From: Octopus sinensis | Lineage: Eukaryota | Assembly: GCF_006345805.1 (NCBI RefSeq) | Contig: NC_043011.1 | Location: 53,518,464-53,582,463, forward strand | Direction: 5' to 3' | DNA length: 64,000 nt | Program-made: the position numbers and the translations under genes | Shown: piece after piece, positions 27,003 to 39,909 of the stretch | How the letters are laid out: each line of letters starts with the position of its first letter | Position numbering within the stretch: the first letter of the stretch is position 1 | Notes under the pieces: generated by a model | What the model saw: only the letters and a program-made list of their open reading frames with translations | The model's database searches: none | Told to the model about the DNA's origin: nothing

Positions 27003-27006
<4 letters not shown>
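26622..27006. mobile_element. (TA)n-flanked element with ~123-bp inverted arms (26673-26796 / 26884-27006) and a hammerhead-like motif in the spacer
   Basis: Arms are reverse-complementary with few differences; ~50-bp unpaired left extension, as in the 17 kb element. Confidence 0.88.
26843..26886 (+). ncRNA. Hammerhead-like motif with C at position 9
   Basis: GACCA-CTGATGC-T-GTCAC aggagt GTGAC-GAAA-GAAC-TC-TGGCC. Confidence 0.6.
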
Positions 27007-27033
<27 letters not shown>

Positions 27034-27073
27034 TACATACATACATACATACATACATACATACATACATACA

Positions 27074-27109
<36 letters not shown>

Positions 27110-28053
27110 TATCATATATTCATATATTACCTCAGAGGAGTATAGCAGCTTAGGGCTGAAAGTAATAAACCAAGGATTCTGATGCTATTGATCAATATGG
27201 AAGACAAGTGTAGCAGCTGAGTGAGTGAAGCACAAAACACAATCATGAGGTCTTTGGCTCAACTTACCTGTGGGGCATCTTAGGCAAATGTCTCTATCAT
27301 AAGCCTTGAGTTGAACCCTTTTTGGGAGTGAAATTGCATAGACACGAACCATAAGGAAGCTTCTCAGGTGGATTGTATGGGCCATTCAGAGATTCAGTTT
27401 TGTTACATAATGTAATATAATGATTAAGCTTCGGAAATGCAATAAGGGTACCAATGCCTATGGAATACTCAGCCACATACATATTAACGAAATGAGTCAG
27501 ATGTTCTGTTGATGGAACGACCAAATGCTTTTCACTGAAATCAACGTAGGATCTGTTGCAGAAGGTGAGGGCGTGAAGGTCAATATGTGCTACAGGTTCA
27601 GTTTTTGCTGTTGTTGAGCTTTTGCGCGAGGTCCTCCTTCTCCTCTTCTTCCTCCTCATCATGATCGTCATTGCCATTGTCACCGCCATCATTATCACTG
27701 CAGCCACCACTACCACCACCAACCCCACCACCACCACCAACACCACCACTACCATCATCTTCATCATCATTTAGCATCCATTTCCCATTCTAGCATGGAT
27801 GAGATGGTTTAACTGGAGCTGGTAAGCTGGAGAGCTGTACCTGACATGGTTTCTTACAGCTGAGTGTCCTTCCTAATGCCATCCAACCCACAGAGTGTAC
27901 AGGGTGTCAAAATACATGTCATTGGCATGGGTGCCTTTTCACGCATCACTGGCACAGGTGCCTTTTACATGTCATGGCATGGGTGCCTAACACCTGTAAT
28001 GAAGAAATTTCTTCCATGACTATCCTGTCACTCAACTAACTTACTGTTTAGAT

Positions 28054-28708
28054 CAGGGATTCTTAACCATTTTTTACCTCTTTTACTTGTTTCAGTCCTT
28101 TGACTGCGGCCATGCTGGAGCACCGCTTTTAGTTGAGCAAATCGACCCCAGGACTTATTCTTTGTAAGCCCAGTACTTATTCTATCGGTCTCTTTTGCCG
28201 AACCGCTAAGTTATGGGGATGTAAACACACCAGCATCGGTTGTCAAGCAATGCTAGGGGGACAAACACAGACACATACACACACACACATATAGACACAT
28301 ACATATACACAACGAGCTTCTTTCAGTTTCTGTCTACGAAATCCACTCACAAGGCTTTGGTCGGCCCAAGGCTATAATAGAAGACACTTGCCCAAGGTGC
28401 CACGCAGTGGGACTGAACCCGGAACCATGCAGTTTGTAAGCAATCTATTTACCACACAGCCACTTCCTACGCATAGGGACCCCTTTGATTATTATTTTAC
28501 TCTGGTGGACCCCCATAGCCATTTGATGTTTAAAACCTAGTTTTATAGATACTTCTTCAAAATACGTATTTTGTTATTCACACATTAACTTCTTGGACCA
28601 TTGATATACTACTGTGCCTCCCCAATTTACTATTTTGCTTGTGTAGAATCCCCAAAATCTTATTTAGATCCGGGGGGGGGTCATGTGGACTCTGGCTGAG
28701 AACCACTG
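28054..28708 (+). mobile_element. hAT (Charlie-like) MITE interrupted by SINE A (28078-28472)
   Basis: TIRs CAGGGATTCTTAACC / GGCTGAGAACCACTG; 8-bp flanks GTTTAGAT / GTTTAGGC; related copies 48391-49123 and 54553-55203. Confidence 0.8.
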
Positions 28709-28739
28709 GTTTAGGCGTATGAGATGATTGTAGAAAACA

Positions 28740-29465
28740 AGAAGTAAAATAAGGCGTCCTATCAGAAGTGACCATTATTAGACTTTTCAGCCAGCTCTCC
28801 AAGCATGACCAACTGAGACTATTAGTATTATCTAACCAACTTGTTCTTCCTCTTCTCTTAGACCCCATGTTAATTGGCCAGGTTTGAAGAACCTGTCTTG
28901 TGATTCTTTTCTGTGATGTTTTAATCACCTGATTGCAATACCAGAGCTGTGACCCCCTCAGTGCAGAGAAGTAGCTACTTGAACCAGAGGGGCTCCCTGG
29001 TCTCTGAGCTATGTTCCCTGTTGAGTAACATTCCTCAAAAGTACCCCATTTTGGCCACTTGTACATTAAATATGAGCTTACAACATATGAGTTAGTAGTT
29101 GAATGTCTTTGTCCAATTAGTTATATTTCTTTTATAATCACATGTTTGTAATACCAGAGCCGTGGCCCCTCAGTGCTGAGAAGCAGCTGCTCAATTTACT
29201 CAGAAGAGCCCCATTTTGGCCACTTGTACATTAAATGTGAGCTTACAACATATGAGTTAGTAGTTGAGCATCTTTGTCCAATTAGTTATATTTCTTTTAT
29301 AATCAGATGTTTGTAATACCAGAGATGTGACCCCTCAATGCTGAGAAGCAGCTGCTCAATTTACTCAGAAGAACCTCATTTTGGCCACTCGTACATTGAA
29401 TATGAGCTTACAACATATGAGTTGCCGGTTGACCACCTTTGTCCAATTAGCCATATTTCTTCTAC
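28740..29465 (-). pseudogene. Decayed RTE-like LINE C-terminus containing a three-unit tandem duplication
   Basis: GSQLWYCNQV..RITRQVLQTWP..KRRGRTSWLD resembles the RTE QLRW.GHV..RGRP..W.D region; units start at 28937, 29150 and 29315. Confidence 0.55.
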
Positions 29466-31484
29466 AACAATCTACACAAACGTGTGAAGCTGTAGTATCA
29501 CCCGTTCCACTCTATGCTTATGCAAGAAAATGCTTAAAATGATTAGACTGAACGTTGTGGTACATTATATATGTAAATTGAGATGTTATATATTGTCTAA
29601 GAGATGGAATTTAAAGAAATTCTTCACCGTACTTAACAGAAGGTATTATTCAGAGTTTTACAAACATGGTAAGATCTTATCAATTTCTTTGGAAAAAAAA
29701 AAAATAATAAAAGCTTGCCTTTTGAACTTCGTAGCAATCTTTGATGAAATCTTGTTAGTTAGCTTAACTGCTTAAATGTTTAATCATTTCATCTCTAAGT
29801 CTTTTTTTTTCTTCTTCTTTGTTCCGATCAGCTCTGAAATGGTTCTCTCAACTAAAGTACCTTGATTCAACAGCAGAGTGCGGGAATTAGTGACTTAGGT
29901 CACTGAGTTTAAATTTTGTGTGAAACTTTCTGCTGATTTATCTTTTGTGACTAATGAAGAAAATATCCTTACCATTGTGGCATCTGTGTGGATGCTTCAG
30001 CTGCTAGAAACAACAGCTAAATCCTTTTCAAATAACACCCTACCTCTCTCTCTCTTTCGGAGAGGCACTGAGCAGCTATACGCACACATACACACACGGC
30101 AGTAACTTCCACCTACCGAATTTAATCACAAAGCTCCGGTCGGCTCGGGGCTATAGTGGAAGACACCTACCCAGAGTGCCATGCAGTGGGACTGAACCCG
30201 AAACCATGTAGCTAGGAAGCAAGCTCCCTAACCACACAGCCATGCCATCTTTAAAAAACAGGAAGGACATTCAATATGGGAGTTCTGAATATCAGCCAAA
30301 AAAGATGTGATGCTTTTGATTATAGGTCTGTCCAATCGTGCTTTATCTGGGTCCAAACAGTAACAGCATTGGCAGGAGATTACAAATAGCTGAACCAATT
30401 AGATACCAGGCATTGAACAGAGAGGTCATTGGTTTGTATACAGTAACTGACATTGTATTGTGTCTGTGGTCAAAACAACTTAATTGTTGATGGATGGGGT
30501 GCACTCAACTGTAAGTAATCACTCACATAGAAAATTGTGAAGTTGTACACTTGGTGAGTGAGTTACTGGTTTGCAGTACTGAACCCAGTTCAATCTGTTG
30601 GTAAATCTACCAGCAGTGATGATGGGTCTTGCATTGGTCTTGAAGATTAGCTTTTAGTTATTTGATCCATTGTGAAGGCACGTGGCTTAGTGGTTAAGGT
30701 ATTCAGCTCATGATCACAAGGTTGTGAGTTCAATTCCTGGCAAGGCATTGTCTCCTTGAGCAAGAAACTTTATTTCACATTGCTTCAGTCCACTCAGATG
30801 GCAAAAATGAGTAGTACCTGTATTTCAAAGGGCCAGCCTTATCACATTCTGTGTCCGCTGAATCTCCCTGAGAACTACGTTAAGGGAATATATGTCTGTG
30901 GCGTACTCAGCCACATGAACATTTATTTCATGAGTAGGCTATTCTGTTGATCTGTTCAACTGGAACCCTTGTCATTGTAACCGATGGAGTAGCAGTAATT
31001 TGATCCACTGAATTACCTGCTCATTAAAATTTACCTGTAAGTATTTGATTATTCCACAGAAATATGTAACCTTGATATGTAACCTTGATGTAATTCTCAA
31101 GCTAACTCAGTGAAATCAACTGAATTGCAATATGGGACAAAGCTGGAAATTTTGATTTTTGAATTACAGGTACAATACAGCCAATGAGATTCCATACTAT
31201 GTTTATGATTCAACTTCACTTACAAGGCTCGGGTTGACCTGAGGCTATTGAGAAAAAAACATTTGCCCTTGATGCTGTGTAGTTGGACTGAATCTAAGAC
31301 CTCATGGTTCTAAATCAAACTTAAAAACTACTCGGCTATGCCTGCACTTGGCTAGTCTTGAATAAGGATTCTGAATAAATATATTTGTTATGATACAGGC
31401 AGCCATTAGAAAGGTGATAGGATTTTCATCAGACATCTCCGATGTCTAAATTTTGAAAGTAATTTGCACAAAGGTTGTTTGAGG

Positions 31485-31620
31485 CACAAGGGTTGTAAGA
31501 CTAAGGTATGAGGTACAGTAAGATTAAGGTATGAAGCACAATGGTCATGATACTAAAGTTTAAAGTAGAGTGGTCATATGATTAAGGTCTGAAGTATAGT
31601 GGTCATAAGATTAAGGTGCA
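31485..31620. repeat. ~29-bp degenerate minisatellite (GGTCATAAGATTAAGGTATGAAGTATAGT-like)
   Basis: Four to five imperfect units. Confidence 0.7.
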
Positions 31621-33074
31621 GGAATGCTTAGCGGTGTTTTGTCTGCCGTTATGTTCTGAGTTCAAATTCTGCCGAAGTCGACTTTGCCTTTCATCCTTTC
31701 GGGGGTCAATAAATTAAGTACCAGTCATGCACTGGAGTCGATATAATTGACTTTATCCCTTTGTCTGTCCTTGTTTGTCCCCTCTGTGTTCAGCCCCTTG
31801 TGGGCAATAAAGAAATAAGATTAAAGTGCAGGACTACTGACTGCATAGTTTGTGTCCCCTCAGCAAGGTAAACAACTCTGCAAACTCCAGTTGGCTTGAC
31901 TGACAAAACAGGTTCTGTCCTGCTTCACAGTTGAGTGATTAGTGGGAAGAAAATCATCCAGCTAGAAAATCCTTTGCTTCAATGAAAATTCATCCCATCC
32001 ATATATACACAGAAAAATGAATGCAAATCAATAAACAGAAAATTGAAGAAGGTGGTTACAACAGTTCTAATAACAATTACATTGTGGCTGAGTGACTTTA
32101 GCCATTTAAGAACACACAAAACTGTTGCTTGTTTTTCTTTTTACTTGTTTCTGTCAATAGACTGTGGCCATGCTGGGGCACCACACTGAAAGATTTTTAG
32201 TTGAATGAATCGACCCCAGTACTTATTTTGCATTTTTAAAAAACCTGTTATTTATTCTATTGATATCTTTTTGCCAAACCGCTAAGTTATGGGGATGTAA
32301 ACCCACCAACACCAGTTGTCAACCAGTGGTTGGGGACAGACACAAAGACACACACACAATGGGCTTCTTTCAGTTTCCGTCTTCCAAATTCACTCACAAG
32401 GCTTTGGTTAGCCTGAGGTTATAGTAGAAGACACTTGCCCAAGGTGCCATGCTGGGGGACTGAACCAGCAACAACGTGGTTGGGAAACTTCAGTTTCAAT
32501 ATATTTATTCAAGACCAAGTCACTCGCCAAACAATAATGAAAACTGCAGTTAGCCATGTAAGAAATCTAGGCTCTTAATTCATTAGCATTTATACCAGCC
32601 ATATCTGGCCCAAATATCCTACCCATTTTATGTTCCAACTGGCCAGATCCAGCCTCTCACACATTCCCTACAATGCCAGTCTAAAAATAAACAACCACAT
32701 CATCAAAGGCTTGAAGCTACAAGATAATGCATGATTGAGTCAAAACAATGCAAATAAGTAAGCATTACATTTGATAGAGTAATCTGAATGATGAAAGGGA
32801 TGCTTGTTTATGAGCTAAGTCTGTGTTATTTCAAATAAGCACCGTTAAATGATGCAGCTCACTACTATATGCAACAGAGGTTATATATAAAGAATCCTTA
32901 ATTTTTTTGTTATTGTTTTTAAAAGATATTGTGTGTTTTTATTAATTTCGTTTTGGTAAGAATACAAAGAAACAGGAAAAGAGAGAGACAAGAAAAGAAA
33001 AAAGGAGGAGTGAAGCAGCAGAAGATGGGGTGTGTGGGACGATAGGCCACACATCCCAGAACAAATGGTGTGCT

Positions 33075-33265
33075 CAGTTGTGCCTTGTGGCAATGACTGC
33101 GATGGCATTGCTGAGGAGAATGGCCAGTGGCACTCACTGCAGCAGCCACTCCACCTCATGGGGCTTCTTTCTCCAACAAGCTGCTGTTATCTTGATTTTG
33201 TGGAGGAAATCGGTAGTATGGTGTCTGAGAATACCTGATGTCTCGATGGTATCTGGCACAAATAG
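33075..33265 (-). pseudogene. CRE-like non-LTR retrotransposon RLE C-terminus, decayed
   Basis: LFVPDTIETSGILRHHTTDFLHKI..EVEWLLQ*VPLAILLSNAIAVIAT parallels the CRE F.P.A.ET.G..FL..L.QR.S.A..RGNA motif. Confidence 0.55.
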
Positions 33266-33284
33266 AATCATCCCTCACCAATGG

Positions 33285-33496
33285 CATAAGGTGCGAGCTG
33301 GCAGAATCGTTAGCACGCCGGGCGAAATGCTTAGTTCTGAGTTCAAATTCCACTGAGGTCGACTTTGCCTTTCGTCCTTTCAGAGTCGATAAATTAAGTA
33401 CCAGTTACGCACTGGGATCGATTTAATCGACTTAATCCCTTTGTCTGTCTTTGTTTGTCCCTCTATGTTTAGCCCCTTGTGGGCAATAAAGAAATA
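33285..33496 (+). mobile_element. SINE family C with 21-bp target-site duplication
   Basis: AGAATCATCCCTCACCAATGG (33264-84) vs AGAATCCTCCCTCACCTATGG (33497-517). Confidence 0.88.
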
Positions 33497-36400
33497 AGAA
33501 TCCTCCCTCACCTATGGATGTACAACAAGCTGATGAAAACTACTCTAAGAGAGTATCACCCACCAAAAAAAAAAAAACTACAAGAAATAATAAAATAAAA
33601 TCTTAAAATTGGTCTAAAATTTAGGATTTCTTTCATCAAAGCAATTCGTTTGAAGGTGTAAAGTAGTTAAAAACGAAACAAAATTAACTGGTTGAACTAC
33701 ACCAATTTAGATGGTGGCTTAACAAAATATTTAGAAGAGATCTGTGTGTGTATGCGTATGTGTATGTGTATGTGTGTGTGAATGAAAAATCAGTGTGATG
33801 TAGACAGACACTAGCCTACACTGGCACTGAAGATTAAATTCAGCTGCAAAACCATTCTTAAGAACTGGTTTACAACCTGTCTTATTGAGACATAGCACAA
33901 TCCCGAATAGCTAGATAGATAATCACTGATCTTAACAATAGCCAGTATCACCCGCTCAGATGATTCCAATTGTAGCCTCCAGAATTTTCTTCCATATATT
34001 AATAGCTGAGTACAGAAAATACAGTATTAGTTCTTGAACAACAGCATACTACACACTGCTGTGGTTGTATAGCTCCAAGCTCTGACATTCTGAAGTTTAG
34101 ATGCATTTTATAGATTACTGTAATAGCATAAACTTTTGACTAGGCATTTTTGCAGCTTCTACATCAATAACTACAACGATGTTAAAGCTTTCTGTTGGAC
34201 TATATTGAGTTGGTTGAGCATATTATTGTGAAGTAATCATTCAGAATAGACAAGTGAGTCATTCGTGCTTTAAAAGTGTGGTGACAGGTTGATTCTGAAC
34301 TTCAGTAGTTGAACTGTTTGTATAACATATTTTTATTGTTATGTAATTGCTGTAAACCAGATCCATATAAAATATCTTACGGAACAAGAGTCAAACTAGC
34401 AGAAAGGCAGGCTGTTTTCCAATGTGAACTTGGTTGAACGTGTGAACGTTTAAAGAATAAAGAATAAAAAAATAATGTTCAAATGGAACATTAACTGTAT
34501 CATTCTAAAGACTTTGAGGACTGTAAAAGCCAAGGGTACCGCTTTCCCATCTTCTATCGGTTATGTGGTTAAGAAGTTTACTTCCAAAATGTGTGGTCTT
34601 GGTTTCAGTCCTATTGTGTGTCACCTTGGGAATGGTATCTTCTACTATAGCCCCAGGCTGATCAAAGACTTGTGAGTGGACAGGAAATGAAAGAAGCTTG
34701 TCATGTGTGTGTGTATCATCTATCTATCTGTCTGTCTGTCTGTCTGTCTATCTACCTATCTAGACTGTGGCCATGCTGGAGCACCACATTGAAGAATTGA
34801 CCCCTGTACTTATTTTTCCTTTTTTTTTAGCCTGGTGCTTATTCTGTCGGTCTCTATTGCTGAATTGTTAAGTTGCAGGGATGTAAACACACCAACACTG
34901 GTTGTCAAGCAGTGGCATGAAGACCATAGGCAATGTCTGTTCCTTCTTGTAAATGATGGACACTCAACTGCTAGAGATAGCAACAACTCATTTCCCTCCC
35001 AGCAATATTTGTAATAGTAAACATGAAATCCTGTCTATCTGTCTGTCCAGGACCCCTGTATCTCTGTCTACATATACCTTTTTGGAATCAGGATGATCCT
35101 GGGATTGAAAATTTTCCCTTCATTTGGTTCTTCAACATCCAGCATTGGAATCTGGTCTAGATGAGGATTTGTTATATGCTAACAGCTGAAAATTCAAATT
35201 TTCAATGAACTCCAAAAATTTGTGAATTTATAGGTTTTTCATTTAAGCCAAATTTAAAGCAATACCATATTGGTAGGGTACCAATAAATGCTTTATTATT
35301 ATTGCTTTCTTTAGTTTTGGGCTGCAGGTCCAATTAGCCCTCCACAGGAGTTAACTTAAAAGTTTGCACAGTGTGGATTTTAAGCTACTATAGAATAACT
35401 GTGCCAGAACAGGTGCTAGGGTCATGATTAACCAGTGAGCTTGTTAAAAAAATATATATGTTTATTAGTGACAGAGGCCGTATTAATACCAAGAGGTGGT
35501 ATTATCCCCACTTAAACATGAATGTTCCATTAGAACAAACAATACTGCAGCAGTTATCGCGAGAGAAGCATTCATAGCTTTTGGTGCAAAACGTCCTCTT
35601 TTTATATCAACTTTATCATCCTGTCCTTCTGTGCGCTTCCATGTTAGACAGATGGAAACAATACATATTTGGATGCTTTGTAAATCAGGAGTGGTTGTTT
35701 AAGGCACATGCTATGCAAAAATATAATTAATTATAAAGTAAGTTAAGTATTTGAAGTAGTTTTCCATTAATGAATCATTATTCGTATCAACATCATCATT
35801 ATTATCATTATTGGTGTTGCTGTTATTATCATTATTATTATTATTTTGGTCTTGTGTGAAGTTCTTAAAATATGCCTGTTGGTCAAGACATACATCACTC
35901 ATTCTGTACATAGTAGTATGTTAGAATACCACTGGTCAAAACAGAGACTGCAACACCACACTTCATTAAGCATGTATGCTGCTAGGAAAAGAAACCCAAT
36001 ATCTGGACATTAATATCTCTAACTCTATTAACATTATATAGTTGTAATACTTCAATACTAAGATGAAAAGAATGATATTCATTAGAGGGGAACCTTGTGT
36101 CAGATAGAGATCAAGGAATACAGAGACGAAAGAGAGAGAGAGAGAGAGAGACCAAGAGAGAGACTATATGTACATACATTTATATATATATATATATATA
36201 TATGTGTGGAGAGAGAGAGGGAAGACTTTGATCTATGACCGTTGAATTATAATTTTAAGTTTTCCTTCAAGTTTTTCAAGTTTGTGGGTTTCAGCTTGTA
36301 TTGTACTCTGAAGTATGTTTCAATAATAATAATGTCTAATATTTTCTTTAACTGACTTGAAATGTGCTTTAAGATTTACTACAGCTACTTCTGTTGTTGT

Positions 36401-36756
36401 TGTTGTTGTTGCTTATACCCACATCAGCCTTGATCAAGTAGACCCATGATCAAAGGCATTCCACACGTAATCATCTTGTCTTTTTTTTTGCAGTCAGTGA
36501 ATTTATTTAGGCCCACATATTCAGTGTGTTCTTCGCTTTTAAGATGGTACGGTTTGATTTAAGGGAGATTTAGTTGCTATTTCTAGCAGACAATCCATTA
36601 CCCAGTTTAACGCTACAATTACCTGACCTGTAGATGTCATCAGCAGAGTCAACCCTGTTGCAAGTATTCAAGCTAGGTGTCTAGTCTAAGGATAGTTTTC
36701 TCAATGGTGGTGTGGGGACAAACAGACACAAAGACACATACACATAATTATATACG

Positions 36757-36796
<40 letters not shown>

Positions 36797-36825
36797 TGTG
36801 TGTGTATGTGTGTGTGTGTGTGTAT

Positions 36826-36857
<32 letters not shown>

Positions 36858-37032
36858 CGATAGGCTTCTTTCAATTTCTGTCTACCAATCTGTCTACCAA
36901 ATCCAAGGCTTTCATTGAAGACACTTGCCCAAGGTGCCACACAATGCGACTGAACTCAGAACTATGTGGTTGGGAAGCAAGCCTCTTACCACACAGCCAA
37001 TGCTTGAGCCTATGTATATACATATATATATC

Positions 37033-37120
<88 letters not shown>

Positions 37121-37720
37121 ATCTAAGGTCTTTGTAGGACACAAAGGTAGAATATTTCCAATGAAACACTAAACTGAAGATCTGGGCTATCATAACTGTC
37201 AGATTCCAAACTAATACCAAAATTCTTCAGGTGTAGAAAATCCTGGTTTCACAACAGTAAAACTGTTGTGTGGATTTAGCAAAGAGATAAAACATAATCC
37301 AAATAATAAGAGAAAAATACTTTAATAAATCTCTGATGAAGAGTTACAAACATTTTCTGTACCAACTCTGCTTGCAACATCAGTTTATGCAAAAATTCAA
37401 AGTGAAAAGTTACATAATATTTGAAGTTTTACACTTTAGAGTGGCACTTCATCAGACTTGTATCAAAAATGTGCTCTTACATTATGCTTATATATGAGGT
37501 GGTACCAAAACGTCTCTGGTCTAGTTCTGTAGCACACAGCTGTGTGTGCAGTGAGAGCTAGCAGTGACCTTCGTGAGGGAGTGTGCCTAGTGGCATCACT
37601 GTGTTTACATCACAAGTGGTGAAATGTGTGTTTCCGTGATCACATGTATGATGTAAGTCTGTGATTTTGTTATGGACAGGAACAGAGAGCCAAAGTGAAA
37701 TTTTGTGTTAAACTTTGGAA

Positions 37721-37932
37721 CATTATTTACATTATTTACATTTGACAGATATTTGTCCTCGTCTTGTTTTTTGTTAACAATGAGAACCCAGGTTTGAAAT
37801 TTCCCCAAGACACCTGATGAAGGCTGGAGGGTATATCAGTCGAAATGTTAGTGTTAGCAAAAAACAAGATGAGGACAAATATCTGTCAAATGTAAATAAT
37901 GTACTTAATTCCTCATCTCTTAAATATAGAAC
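37721..37932 (+). mobile_element. 212-bp hammerhead-bearing insertion with ~51-bp inverted arms and a 17-bp TSD
   Basis: TSD TGTGTTAAACTTTGGAA (37704-20) / TGTATTAAACTTTGGAA (37933-49); arms 37729-37779 / 37852-37902. Confidence 0.88.
37809..37855 (+). ncRNA. Minimal type I hammerhead motif
   Basis: GACAC-CTGATGA(37814-20)-A-GGCTGG agggtata TCAGTC-GAAA(37842-45)-TGT-TA-GTGTT. Confidence 0.75.
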
Positions 37933-38361
37933 TGTATTAAACTTTGGAAGTTTGCTAAAGAGATGTTGAGCATGCTTCAGTAAGCTTACGGTGACAAGGC
38001 AATGGGTCGTATGCAATGTTTTGAGTGGCATGGGTGCTTCAAAGGTGAAAGAACATCCCTGGAGGATAATGGGTGGTCTGGAAGACCTGCCTTGAGTGTT
38101 ATCCCCAGAAATATGGTATTGTGTATCAAGAATTCATGTCTCAGGGCCAGACCATCAATTGAGAGTTCTATTGCAACATTTTGAAATGTTTGAGGGAAGA
38201 TATTTGGCAAAAGTGACTGGATCCATAGAGTGCGAAGAATAGGATTCTTCACGAAGCTCTCCTCACTCGTAGCTGTCTGCTTTCTCTGACCTGCTGGAAA
38301 TAGCAGCCAAATTTCCCTCATACCACACCATATCATCATCAAATCTTTTCAGAAAATGGCA

Positions 38362-38910
38362 GAATTGCCAGAATCATTAGCACAGCAGACAAAATGCTTA
38401 GCAACATTTTGACTGTCTGTATGTCCTAGGTTCAAGTTCTGCTGAGGTTGACTCTGCCTTTCATCCTTTCAGAGTTGATAAATTAAGTACCAGTTGAGCA
38501 CTGGGGTCGATCTAATTGATTTACCCCTCCCTGAAATGCTTAATGGCATTTTGTCAGTCTATATGTTCTGAGTTCAAATTCCACCGAAGTCAACTTTGCC
38601 TTTCATCATTTTTGAGTTGATGAAATAAGTTCTGCCGAGGTCCAATTTACCATCCATCCTTTTGGGGGGTCAATAAAATAAGTACCAGTTGAACACTGGT
38701 GTTGATGTAATCAATTTACTCCTCACTGAAATGCTTAGTGGCGCTTTGTCCTTCTTTATGTTCTGAGTTCAAATTCTGCCGGGGTCCAATTGACCTCCCA
38801 TCCTTTCAGAGCCAATAAAATAAGTACCAGTTGAATACTTGGGTTCAATGTAATCAATTTACCCCCCCCCCCTGAAATTGCTGGCATTATGCCCAAATTT
38901 GAAACCAGTA
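38362..38910 (+). mobile_element. SINE family C with about four tandem repeats of its central domain
   Basis: Repeated TTCTGAGTTCAAATTC..CCTTTCATCCTTT..AAGTACCAGTTGA blocks. Confidence 0.8.
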
Positions 38911-39594
38911 CCATTTTACTTATTAATACTGCTACTATTATTGTAACCTCAGCTGTAACCATCTACGCCAGCTAATTAATATGCCAACAGAAGAACAACT
39001 CTATCACTTTTAGTTTTCTATTGTTCCTGAAATCAAGTTTTCTCTGCATCTGAGTAGCCTAGATATTTCTCCAATTTGCTAGTTATTAGTCAGGCAGGCC
39101 AGTCACTGTATGAACAATGGCAGCATCAGTTGGTGTGGCCTTTTAGTCTGCTGGAAAATACCATTCTACAACTCTGATGGGATTCTGAAATGCCAACTGT
39201 CTTCAGAACAGCTAATGATGTTAAGCGTTACTGCTAATAAGCTTAAGAATTGCTTACAAGATCTGAGAGAGCAAATTGCCTTTATATTTACAAATATTCC
39301 ATCTTTGTGTTTTGCAGCAATATAAATATCGTGTTCTGGAACATACACTTCTCTCTGTTTGTAGTTTTGGTTTAGTTACCGGTTATTACTGTTGTTGTTG
39401 TTGTTGCTACTTTTGCTTGTCTATCACTTTATATTATTGAAGGTATTCTGAGAGAAAACGAACTGACAATTCTACCAATTTTTAAGATCTCTATGGAGAG
39501 AATTCACTACTTTTTTTCATATTCCTTTCTTTCAAGCTTAACAAAATCCTTTATAAACTGTATAGTAAGCTCACTGGTTGCTGTTGTTCAGTTA

Positions 39595-39637
39595 CCTAAC
39601 CCTAATCCTAACCCTAACCCTAACCCTAACCCTAACC
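39595..39637 (-). repeat. Interstitial (TTAGGG)n telomere-type repeat, ~7 units
   Basis: CCTAACCCTAATCCTAACCCTAACCCTAACCCTAACCCTAACC. Confidence 0.85.
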
Positions 39638-39909
39638 TACCTATTGTATCTGTTTTGCATTTCATCATTCCAGGGTTGATAAAATAAAGTATCAATGTAG
39701 TACTACGTTGATATAATCAAACATTTCATCCTCCAGATCCATGGCTTTATGCCTATGTTAGAAATTATTAATATTGGTCTCTGATTTAGGTAGAAGAACA
39801 GTAATTTTGAAGGGAGCAGGTTAGGAATACCATTGGCCCCTGTACTTCCAGTACTTTATTTTTATCAACCCCAGAAGGATGAAAGATAAAGCTAACCTCT
39901 GTGGAAATT

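Larger units (their letters stand above)
37495..38262 (+). mobile_element. mariner relic (N-terminal HTH region), split by a hammerhead element
   Basis: EQRAKVKFCVKL | AKEMLSMLQ*AYGDKAMGRMQCFEWHGCFKGERTSLEDNGWSGRP; TA+TGAGGTGGTACCAAAA TIR-like start. Confidence 0.8.

Noticed and set aside
33528-33560. CTGATGA followed by a TACTCT/AGAGTA hairpin
   Set aside because: Lacks GAAA, stem III and stem I
37332-37456. Convergent TCTGATGAAG / CTTCATCAGA motifs with a short AGAGTT/AACTCT stem
   Set aside because: No GAAA at the required position on either strand; at best an unrecognisably decayed element
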